Assembly: GCA_002269645.1 (NCBI GenBank)
Contig: NIVC01000435.1
Coordinates: 1-64,000 of the forward strand
Reading direction: 5' to 3'
From: Macrostomum lignano
Taxonomy: Eukaryota
Length of the DNA stretch: 64,000 nt
Made by a program: the position numbers and the translations under genes. Numbering within the stretch: the first letter of the stretch is position 1; each line of letters opens with the position of its first letter. A model generated the notes under the pieces. It did no database searches. It had not been told where the DNA came from and was given only the letters and a program-made list of their open reading frames with translations. Below are positions 22,402 to 33,178 of the stretch, piece by piece.

Positions 22402-24352
22402 TCACGGTCCCATTCGCCTTGAGCGGGAAATGGAATCCCCTGACTCGGGTCCAGAAGCAGCAGTTGAAGTTCGCTTTCTCGCCCGTGTCTCCTCCCTGGC
22501 CAGCTGATTGAGATGGTCTCGTACAGACTTCCAGATTTCGTGGAAGTCGTAGCCAGATGTTCGATAGCACAATTGAAGCAAACCTGAAAATTCACGAGTA
22601 TAGTAAAATATTTTTACAATAGACATTGTGTACTGTGTTTATAGTAGAAATAGGCTAAATTTAAAAGGAAGTTGATTTATGATGCTAATCATTAAATAGG
22701 TCAATGGGATGTATTGAACTTTAGAACTATTTTTCCTCAATTTCTTTTATCTCAGACCTAAATGTGTTTTTTTAGAAAATATCCCAAGTATTGGATTCAG
22801 ATCATTTAGCATTAATTAGCCTAAATTGCTTTATAATAAAAAAATTGCACAAAACTGTGAAAAAATTATATATATATATTTACGTTGAAACTCTGTCACA
22901 TGCTCAGATGGAGCAGGCCTTCGGGAACTGCGAGCACCACAGGATGAATCGATTATATGCTCAAGCAAGTAGCCTTCGCCAAATCGCAGCTTGATATACC
23001 TTCGGAGGAACACCTTAGGATCGTTGCAAAGAATTGAAGACAGCTCAGCTAGGGAACCATCAATGCACCTAAATTCCTAAAAAATGTTATTATATAGTAG
23101 AACTTTTATACTACAGACGTGATGCTGCTGATGCTAAGAAAAAACTGACATACCTCATTTTGGTATTCTTTAATTGTTAGCATTCCACCAAAGTTGTCAT
23201 CCTTTTTTAAAAGTCGGCATATCCTTGCAGCAAGACGCTTCTCAAGAGAAAGCAACTCGGATTGAATGAACAGTTTTAGATCTAGAGTAAGATATATGCT
23301 CATATATAAAAATATGGTGATTTTGATTTTTAATAATGTGATTGTATCATATTAAAAAAATAAAATTATACCTTTCATTGTTGCATCCGATTCACTGTTT
23401 ACTATCTGTACCCCTCGGAGGGGTTGCACTTCTTGAATTGCACCTAGTGATAAAAAAGGCTTATTGCTACAAAAATATTGACTCATTTGGTATTTGGTTT
23501 TCAATTAGGTGTAATAGAATATACAAACTTGATTCCAAGAGGCCTGTGGCACGAGCTTGCTCATTTTCAACCAAAGATGCCTCTCTCTCAAATGCAGAAA
23601 TGGCTTTTTCTAAAAAATAATAATTAATCAAATAATACAACAAAAAAAACAAATTGCAAACAATTAATAGTTCATATATATTGCAGTTTTACCCATTGAT
23701 TGAGTAGCTGGTATCGCCAAATTTGGTTCGCCACTTTCACTATCCACTTCATAAAGCTCGTCAAGTAGTCCATGCTGATGACAACTAGAACTTGAAGCAA
23801 CCTGCTTTGAACTAGATGACCTTATTGTCCTTACATTTGCAATGCCAGCTTGGGGATCTTTCATTGCAAAAAGCTCAATAGCTTGGCTAATCAATGAATC
23901 AGTATTTTCAGCCTCACTAACCAAGTTGGAAAGTTGGTTCATAGTTGAAGCCATTTGCCTTTCACTACCTTTTGCCACAAGTGTAGCAGAAAATAGTTTG
24001 CCATACATGCGTAAAAAGACTTTAGTCCCCTAAAATATAATTTAATAAAGTAATATTACATTTGTAGTTGGAATAATTTGTTTTAGAAACCATGTACTCA
24101 ATAACAAAATATTATGCATATAAATCCAACTTAAAATCTTACTTGTGCAAGTTCCAACTTTTCATCATTAGTTATTGTACTTGGCCAATAGGGAGACCCA
24201 AATGCAATGGTCACATATTGCTCATCATGGCCAACATTGTGAAGAATAAAGCAGAAAAACAATGCTGAATTGTCATTTCCAAATTTAGAAGTACTTTTTG
24301 TCTGCTTTCGAAGAGGCCTAGAATTAGATGCACTTAATCCAATATCATCCAT
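22402..24352 (-). CDS. EnSpm accessory gene with a C-terminal BEN-like helical DNA-binding domain. 7 exons: 24352-24143, 24029-23693, 23609-23525, 23466-23372, 23281-23154, 23076-22884, 22583-22402; 409 aa
   Basis: Hand-spliced GT-AG exons sum to 1230 nt with consistent phases. The C-terminal 'DPKVFLRRYIKLRFGEGYLLEHIIDSSCGARSSRR..RLLQLCYRTSGYDFHEIWKSVRDHLNQLAR' fits the BEN pattern by eye. The start codon and the 23525 donor (GTATAT) are the least certain parts. Confidence 0.7.
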
Positions 24353-25731
24353 AACAATTTGTTCTGAAAAAGTTTCACAAGGAGATAAGGTTTGAAGAAT
24401 CAATCAAGAGGCCAATGACAAACCAATTAGAATTGTATATAAAAAAAATTTAATGTAGGGACCCTAGGCCCCTATGATTTTAAATAAAAATTATAATATA
24501 AGGCCTAGGCCCTATATATAGGCCTATAATTATAAAGTTGTGCCATTGTGGATTTTCTGATACAAAGTAGACAATATTAGGCCTAATTGGGCCTAGTCTA
24601 GTCTAGTTTTGATTATAGACTGTATATTAGATACAAAGGACATGAAAGGTCTCGAAATTAAGTACCAATTACCATAATATACTATTATTTTTTATTATTT
24701 TGAAACTGTCAGCCTACCATGTGATTTTTATCATTAGGCTATGGCCTAGGTCTAGGATGCCACTTTAGACTAGGCCTTTGGCTTTGGTTAGGCCAACCTA
24801 TCATTATAAAAATGCAGCAAAATATCATTCAAAAATATACATCTAACCCCTATAGGTTATCTTTGCATCCCAAATATAATATATAATAGGGTTTCTATTT
24901 TCTAATATATCTACAAATACAATTTTCACTGAAGGAGTGAAGATCAAAATTAGCATGTCAAAAAACCTTACAAGCCACCGAATTTTAAAACTAGCTACCA
25001 AAAGTGGAACTGGAAGTATATAGCTAAGAAAAAACATAAACATAAACATAGCACATAGTGACACATAATGAAATGATGACAACATGCAAGAGTGACAGAG
25101 TCCTCTTAGAAAGGAAAAATAGGCCTAGTAATTTATGTTTATGGGAAGTTAAGTCCGTAATTAACTAAACCGAAACAAAATGGCCAACAAAATTGCTGGT
25201 AATATATTCAAAGCAATTTGTAGGTGAAGATTTTAACAAATTTATTAAACTATTTTTTGTATTTACAATTTCGCTTTTATTAAATATATTTAAAACTTTA
25301 TTAGATATACATAAAATAGCCTGAAATTTTTTATAAGCTTAGTTATTTATTTTCCCGTATGAACTCCCTGACATGGATGATTTTACCATGGAAAGTTTTA
25401 AAAATCCATGCATGAAAATACCATGAACATGCATGATTTATCAATGGATCATGGATCATAGATGATTTATCCATGATAAGAGAGTAGGGTAGTGGACAAA
25501 GGATAGGCTCAATTTAGGGTTAGGTTCGGCATTTAATTGTCGTAGCCATCTCTTAACCTGTAGAAGAATTCAAACCCTCCCTTCTGTGGCTGGAAGTTTA
25601 TTGCCCTAAATAACAAATATGCAAACAACTGCCCCTCATTCACCCAACCTCAAATTTTCTAACCTATCTCTCTTATCTTATCTCTCATTATTCATTACCT
25701 TATCTCCTCTTGTAAATTCCTAGTAGTCTTA

Positions 25732-26133
25732 GGGCCGTCCGTATGCAGAAAGCTCTGTCTAGGGTAGTTCGGTCTTGAAAAGCCAGACCAGACTTGGATT
25801 TGGTATGCAGAAACACAAAGTTAGACCTACTATAGACAGAAGTAGGGTAGCTAGACCATAGACTGAACTAGCCAGTCCGGACTAGCTAGTCTGGACTAGG
25901 CTTTTTGCATACGGCCCTTAGTCTTCTAATTTAAGACTATAGGCTGTATGCAGAAAGCTTAGTCCAGACTAGCCAGTCCGGACTTGGGTAGTTCAGTCTA
26001 TGGTCTATGGTCCAGCTACCCTAGTTCTGTCTATAGTAGACCGGTCTAACTTTGCGTTTCTGCATACAAAATCCAAGTCCCGACTAGCTTTTCGAGACCG
26101 GACTACCCTAGACAGAGCTTTCTGCATACGGCC
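25732..26133. mobile_element. Two inverted copies of a roughly 190-bp PIF/Harbinger-like MITE, forming a roughly 400-bp palindrome
   Basis: Copy 1 (25732-25917) is GGGCCG..TATGCAGAAAG...CTTTTTGCATACGGCCC flanked by TTA/TTA. Copy 2 (25942-26133) is approximately its reverse complement. Confidence 0.75.
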
Positions 26134-27484
26134 TAATAACTGTTATTGCTATTTATAGAACCACATGGGTTGACTCACTCTTCGGAAAAGGCTTCATATT
26201 TGGTGAAGTTTGACCATAGACTATAAAAACACTTGGACCATAGACCATGACCATAGACAAGTCTTTACTACTCAGTCTTGCAGCTGAAAAAAACCTGTAT
26301 GTACATTCGCAGTGGCGCTGGCTAGTGTACATGTACATTATGGCTGCATCAATAGCAAGTTGTCTCTCTTAATAAAATATAGCTTACACATTCCTTCTCG
26401 CTACACTGAACTACATAGAAACTGGCATACCAAGTCAATGTACCGAAATGGCCCAGACAACTTATATTATTTATGACCTTCTCCCATCGCAAATATTGCC
26501 AAACGTGTCCAAAGCTTGAATGTGTGCCTTCATAAAAATCATATTTACTAAAAAAATTGAAAATGCATCTTGGCGATTGACTGCAGCTCTAAAGTCTCGT
26601 TTACATTTACGTGTACGCTCGTATACTTAACTAAAAATGTACGCGATAGCAGAGAGTTGCTTGAAAGTACATGGCGATCATTCTATTCGAAGTCATATTG
26701 GTGCCCATTCCCAATCTGGGTCATACTGCAGGGTCATACTCCCTCTCTGAGTCATACTGGCGCCTCCTCAAGACCCATCATAAATCTATAATTGCATAAG
26801 TAATTAACGCAATTCTGATTGCTCAATATCACCACCAGCAGTCTATATAAAAGATATTGTTATAAACTTATAACGCGCTTAAAATGCAGCAATTTTTTAA
26901 CGTACACCCAACTATGCATCTTTTGCATAGAAACTTTCTCAGTAAGCTGACATGTGACAAAGTATTTATGGCTTCAAAATAAATAAACCCTAATCTCTGC
27001 ATCCGCAAACATTAAGAGATAGAAATCATTGAGAATGTGGCTGGAATTTTCATGCTTCATGATGCTGCAGCTACGGCATGTGCATGGAACTGCAATAAAC
27101 CGCTTGTATCTGTTGTCCTCCTGTGCATTCTTGGCTGTCGACTGTTGCTTTACGTTGCTAAGGTACACTTGACGTGCTTAAATACACTGTACATGTGTTA
27201 ATAAAACGATTATTTTCTCGACTACTTTTGGTCATCGCCAATTATTACGCTTTTTAAAGGATGAATCGGTTGTCTTGCTGTGTGGGTATTTTTGTCCTGT
27301 TTGGGGCACTGCCGGTCTTGCTAGGGTGAAATTTCTAGTCGTGCGGGGGAATTTCATTCTTGCAATTGAGGAATCTCAGTCTTGGTTTGGGGAATTTCAG
27401 TTTTGCTGGGGTAATTTCATTCTTGCAATGGAGGAATCTCGGTCTTGGTTTGGGGAATTTCAGTTTTGCAGGGGGAATTTCAAA

Positions 27485-27856
27485 GGAGTCGTAGCCTAGT
27501 GATCTAGCGCGGTACTCCGATGTGCCAGCGGTCCAGGCTCGATTCCAAGTGCAGTCACGTTAAACTGGGGCTAAATTGGAATCTCGGCTTGGCTCTGCTC
27601 CTGCAATTAACGGCCTTGAGGGCCAACCCTCAAGGCACAGTGAAGTGTACATGCCTAACGATAATATAAAGTTAGGGCCGCTGTACACTCCGGTGTGAGT
27701 GTGTGCCTGTGCGTATGACTGCGTACGTATCCGCGCGCTTGTGTGCCTGCTCAGGGGAGTCGGCAGAATGGGCAGTAATGCCTCTCGCCGGTTGTGTGAC
27801 AATGTCGCTTAAAGTGCGCCAAGGTGCAGCCACCCATCCACTGCCTCTAATAAAAA
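27485..27856 (+). mobile_element. tRNA-headed SINE, copy A
   Basis: A-box-like GTAGCCTAGTG and B-box-like GGCTCGATTCC at the 5' end. The body is shared with the inverted copy at 51200-51650 (e.g. TTAGGGCCGCTGTACACTCC, GGGCAGTAATGCCTCTCGCCGGTTGTGTG). Confidence 0.8.
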
Positions 27857-28549
27857 TTGAGGGGGGAAGTTCAGTCTTGCTGGAGGGAATTTGAGCCATT
27901 TTTGAAGAAACTTCACTTCAGTCTTACTGCTGCATTTGATTAAAAATGGTGATTAGTTTTTGTCTGTCGCAAGCATTATCAACTGCCTAACTATGATATA
28001 AATAATGTATATTTAATATAAAACAATAACAAATACGAAAAAAATGGTGTACTCATTTCTCACTCAATGAAGACAGAGCAGAGGAGAGAGATTCTGTAAC
28101 CTGATTGGTATATGCAGAGAATTATAAAAAATCAAAATAAAAACTAAGCAGCTGAAATAGTAAGGATTGTCAATAATGCTATATAATGTAGAATATCATA
28201 TAAGAATTAATATTGATATTCATGCTCTTCAGGCAGTTCAGTTCTGACAATGCAGTCTGCAGTGTGAAAGACTATATAGATAAGTTGATCTTTTACACAC
28301 AGAACCATAAGAACCTTGTAGTTAACTTGATTGAGTACAATAATCAGTTATTGCTATAAAATTATGATAATAATCAATTCTTAACTTGCCTGATTAAAAT
28401 TGCAGCGAACGAGAATAAGACAAAAAAATCAAGGCCCCTGTGATACAAATCTATTATACAGTAGTTGTCGGGAAGCAGTTATCTGTAATTTGGTCGTAAT
28501 ACTAATCGAGCAATCAGATAGTGGGCTGATGGCAGTGGCGCATACATAC

Positions 28550-29150
28550 TAGTGGGCGAGTGTACATTGGGGTAAGGAGTTATTGGCAGCGAGTGTACAT
28601 TGGGGTAAAGGAGTTATTGGCAGCGAGTGTATATTGGGGTAAGGAGTTATTGGCAGCGAGTGTACATTGGGGTAAGGAGTTATCGGCAGCGAATCTACAG
28701 TGGGGTAAGTTGTCAAAAGAGTGTAGATTGGGGGGTAAGGAGTTATCGGCAGCGAGTGTACATTGGGGGTAAGGAGTTATCGGCAGCGAATCTACAGTGG
28801 GGTAAGTTGTCAAAAGAGTGTAGATTGGGGGGTAAGGAGTTATCGGCAGCGAGTGTACATTGGGGGTAAGGAGTTATCGGCAGCGAATGTACAGTGGGGT
28901 AAGTTGTCAAAAGAGTGTAGATTGGGGGGTAAGGAGTTATCGGCAGCGAGTGTACATTGGGGGTAAGGAATTATCAGCAGCGAGTGTACATTGGGGGTAA
29001 GGAATTATCGTCCGTGAAATGTACATTGCGGTAAGGAGTTATCAGTAGCGAGTAGCGAGTGTACATTGGAATAAGGGTTGTCGGGAGCGATCCTGTACAT
29101 TGGAGGGATCGGGGGAGTGTACATTGGGGGAGAGATTGGGGGAGTGTACC
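28550..29150. repeat. G-rich minisatellite (GAGTGTACATTGGGGTAAGGAGTTATCGGCAGC and compound units)
   Basis: Direct tandem units downstream of the ENT gene. A related GTGTACATTGGG core occurs at 32790-33110. Confidence 0.9.
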
Positions 29151-29268
29151 TTAGAGGTAAAGGAGTGTGTACATTTGTGATATAAAAGTAGTGCAACATT
29201 AAACATTAAAATATAGCTAAAAATGAGCAATAGAATAAAAGTGCTACTAATAATAGTGAAGACAACAT

Positions 29269-31564
29269 TCACCTGGTGCCGGCAGTAAACAGAAATGACA
29301 GCGCCGACCCGGTGGAGGAGCCAACCACAGCGCACATGCTCATCACAGCGCCATGCGACTCGGCTAAGTGAGTTGGCGCCTGCTCCGAGGCGCGCATAAA
29401 ACACAGAGTAAACAAATAACCGTTGCTAAGGCCGAACGCTGACACTAGCAACGGCGGCGCCCAGTCCCAAGCGAAATAGACTGGCATTAATCTGCGCTGT
29501 TCCCCACCAAGCGTATAGTTACACATCAGGAATAGCGGCACAAACAGTAGCCGCAGCAGAGCCAGCAAGATTAATGAGAAATTGGCACGCCCACAGGTGC
29601 CCGGGGTTGGCGCCGCGGCGGTGAGGAACCGGCCAAACAGGTCGAAAGTGTTGTAGACTAGGAAGCAGCAAAGCGGCGAGTATAGCAGCCACGGTTCGGA
29701 CATGGGACTCAGCGAGCTGAGCAGGGCCGGGTAGAGGGTCAGAGTGATAGTCAGCACGGCGAATGCGCCACCGCCAGGTCCGATCAGGTGGCGCCAGGCG
29801 GGCCGGTTGGAGAGTCGGCGCCGATTGGGCGCCTCATGGAGCGTCGGCGACGGTGTCGGCGTCGGCGTTGGTATCGTCAAAGAATCAGTCAGGTCGGCGC
29901 CTGGTGATTGGAGAATTGAATTTTTAGCACAGGTATGATTCATGGTACGAATATCACAGAGGATTTCAGATTTCTAACTGGGGATTTGGGATTTTTAACT
30001 GAAGGAGTTTGGATTTTTAACTTGGAATTCTGGACTTCCAACTAAGGATTTGGGATTTTTATCTGGGGATTTGGGATTTTAATTGGGGATTTGGGATTTT
30101 TGACTGGGGATTTGGGATTTTCAACTAAGTGGATTTGGGATTTCTAACTGGGCATTTGGGATTTCTAACTGGTGGTTCGGGATTTTTAACTGGGGATTTG
30201 GAATTTTCAACTAGAAGATTGACGCTAAAGAGATACTAGCTGACTTGAAACTCACCCCTGGCTCTGCACAGCCTATCCCGCACAAAAGACAGCCGCCGCA
30301 GCAGTAGATAAGCTGCCAGACACATCAGCAACACGACAGTTGCCGATAGGAAGTAGAGAAAAGCGGCAGATCGAGGGTGGCTGCCAATCTCTAAGCTGAT
30401 AATATAGGCCACAGCGGCTATCACCCCGCCGCTGGCTTGGCCCAGAGTCACCGCGTTGATGTAGCGCTTGGGGAACATGGCGGCTAAGCCGAATAAGGAG
30501 CCTTGCATCACTGCGCCGCTGCCGCTCATCAGAGCCACCGAGGCCAGGGTGGCCCAGAAAAACTCGGACTGGTCTGCGGGCAAGGAGGGTAAAGAGAGTG
30601 AGAAGATAGGGTAAGGTGGATAAGAAAGTTAAGGGGAGAAAGGTAAGGGGGTAAGGGGTGGAGGAATGTAATGGAGGAAGCTAAGAAAAGGAGAATAGGG
30701 TAACTGCAAGAGAAGGGTAATGGAGGGAGAGGAGGGTGAGAGAGGGTAAGTGGAGTGAGAAAGGGTAAGGAGGGTGGGAAAGTGTAAGGAGAGTAAGTGA
30801 GAGAGAGAGGGGTGATAGAGGGAGAGGAGGATGGGAAAAGTTGAGAAACGGTAAGAAGGGCGAGAGGGTAAGGAGGGTAATTGAGAAAGAAGGGTAATGG
30901 AGGGAGAGGAGGCTGGGAGAGGGTAAGGAGGGTGAGAGAGGGTAAAAGAGGGTAAGTCAGGGTGGAGAAGAGGCTCCACAGACTCGATAAAATGCATACA
31001 GTGTACATCTTATCAAGACTCAAGTGTCAGAGAGTTCACAAGTGTGCAGTGAGCAGACAATCCCCTTCCCTGTCCCAGCAGCTCACGCCAGTCGGTATCC
31101 ACCAGTACAAAGGCAGCAGAGCAGGCGAACATGGCGGACATGAGGCTCAGAGAGACAACCATCCGGCCAGCAATGGTGACCCGGCCAGCTGCAGCCGCAT
31201 TGGCCAACACGCAGAGAACTCCTGGCAGATTGCTGAACACAGCCAAATAGCTTTCAAAAGTGTCCCGCATCCAGGGCTGGTCCGGCCAGCCAGTGATATT
31301 GCTGACATTTCTCAGTTTATACTCGAAGTAACTTCTAGCCGTGGTGAAGAAATTCCAAGGCAACAGGCTGCCAACGCCCAGCAGGGTGAACAACAGTAGC
31401 GAGATGTAGAATTTATCAGCTGGCAACAATTCTGCCGATGCCTGCTGCTGACTGGCTGCTGCTGGCGGTAGCAGAGGCTCCTGATCGTCGCTTAATGCCT
31501 GATGATGCTCATTTGGCTGCTGTGACGGCTGCTCCTCTCCAGGTATGGTGCGCAGCGTGTGCAT
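29269..31564 (-). CDS. Equilibrative nucleoside transporter (SLC29/ENT family). Exons 31564-31087, 30573-30256, 29900-29269; 475 aa
   Basis: ENT motifs GVGSLLPWNFFTTA, MQGSLFGLAAMFPKRYINAVTLGQASGGV, YNTFDLFGR, RLLFVPLFLMCNY and FGLSNGYL. Exons sum to 1428 nt in frame. Confidence 0.93.
29975..30215. repeat. Degenerate, about 19-20-bp minisatellite (TTGGGATTTTTAACTGGGGA) in ENT intron 2
   Basis: Tandem GGGATTT units. Confidence 0.8.
30590..30965. repeat. Polypurine low-complexity tract in ENT intron 1
   Basis: GGAG/GGTAAG-rich, with almost no C. Confidence 0.8.
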
Positions 31565-32789
31565 AGCTTTGTGTATGTGTGGTTACAGCTCTCTCCCTAT
31601 CTGATAGAGCTTATAAAATGTGCAGGTGTTATATACAGATATACACACCAGAAACCAAACACAAGCAGTTCTTGTATGCGTAGAGACAAAATTAGCAACA
31701 GTCGGTTGCTAAAATTAGATACTTTTACTAAAAATATCTAAATAAAAAAAAACTGAAGAGAATTCTGTTTTTTTAAGTTTGTTTTTATTAAATAAAAGCC
31801 AAAAAAGTCACACAAGAAGCATGCATTCGCGTTGGTATTAAGTAGTATATATATAGTTGTTGTTTAATCAAAACTTGATTTAATTATTATTAGTTCACGT
31901 CAAACAGCAATGCATGCCAGAGAACAAACGAAGGATTTAGGTAACAAATAAAACCGGAAGAATTTTTCAAAGCTTCGTTGTAAAAAAAGGTTTATATTTC
32001 GAGCTACTATACTAAAAGTAGGCAATCGCAGCAAATTAGCAGTAAAATTTGATATGAATCGAAAAAATCAAAAAATGTTTTAGCAAGTTTAATTAAGCGA
32101 CCAAGGGAAGATTTTGTCGAACTGTAGCAGTGATTGAGGCTGATAAAAACTGTGTAAAAAGGTGTAGTAGGTAAAAAAATTTAACATTGTAAGAAAAGGA
32201 GTCGAGACAGAAACTGTCAAACGAACAAGTCAGAACTAATGTACATCCGATATACTTGAAGTTGCACGTACATTAAATGTACGTTAGAATGGATGTATAT
32301 CTAATATACTGCAGGATGGCTGTTTACGTACACTAAAGATATATTAGTGTAGATGTGCATTAGTTCAGCATGATCTTTGACAAGACTATTAACCTCTTCG
32401 TGTGCAAAATTCCGAATAACTCGGTATATAAATTGACAAAACGCATTTCAACTACTATGAGTAGACGCACAAAGCAAAAGTGGGTGGTTTTTTGATAAAA
32501 AGTCGAACAGTGCTGCGATAAATAAAGGCAGGCCTTTTGACTAGCATTGTAAAATGAAAAAAACAGACATACTACTAGTAGCAATTAGGCCAAATTGATA
32601 AAAATTCAATCTACGGGTTGAAAAAATGCCATGCAAATATAGTTCGGGTTGATCTATTAAACTACTGCAATAAATATAAGGCATGCATTCTAGATAATTG
32701 TGGTCAATGTGTGCTGTCTATACTACTTAGCTACTATGAGAATGAGTAGCAAGTAAAGAAATTAGCAAGTATTTGTGCTAGAAAAGAGG

Positions 32790-33110
32790 GAAAGAGGGAT
32801 CAGGGGAGTGTACATGAAGGGTGAGGGATTGGGGAGTGTACATTGGGGGAGAGGGGTAGAGGGAGTGTACATTGGGAGAAGGGGGCCAGGGGTGTACATT
32901 GGGGGAAAGGAATCGGGGTGTACATTAAGGGTGAGGGATAGGCCTAGGGGGAGTATGCATTGGGGGGGGGGGAAGGATAGAGGGAGTGAACATTGGGAGA
33001 AAGGGGTCAGGGGTGTACATCGGGGGAGAGGAATCGGGGGTGTACATTAAGGGTGAGGATCGGGGTGTACATTAAGGGTAAGGGATAGGGGGAGTGTACA
33101 CTGGAAGGAG
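32790..33110. repeat. G-rich degenerate minisatellite (GGGGAGTGTACATT..) downstream of PLOD
   Basis: Repeated GTGTACAT core flanked by G-runs. Confidence 0.8.
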
Positions 33111-33178
33111 AGAGATTAGAAAAGCAGTTAATTTTGACCAAATTATCTAGCTGACAAAAACAGCAAAAACCAGCATCA

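Larger units (their letters stand above)
18759..25489 (-). mobile_element. Complete, apparently autonomous CACTA/EnSpm (CMC) DNA transposon, 6731 bp
   Basis: TIRs: CCCTACTCTCcttgCATGGATAAATCAT at 18759 and ATGATTTATCCATGataaGAGAGTAGGG ending at 25489. TA on both flanks (18757-58, 25490-91). Subterminal CATGGA/TCCATG repeats at both ends. Contains an intact transposase and an accessory gene. Confidence 0.92.

Noticed and set aside
24843-25085. Extra 5' coding exons for the EnSpm accessory gene
   Set aside because: Candidate splice sites exist but I could not join them in frame; possibly 5' UTR exons.
26150-27170. Short Cys-containing ORF fragments suggesting a decayed gene or transposon
   Set aside because: No consistent frame or splice model and no identifiable motif.
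27485-27560. tRNA gene call for the SINE heads (also 51580-51650)
   Set aside because: They have A/B boxes but no closed cloverleaf or acceptor stem, and they are attached to a shared repeat body, so they are SINEs.
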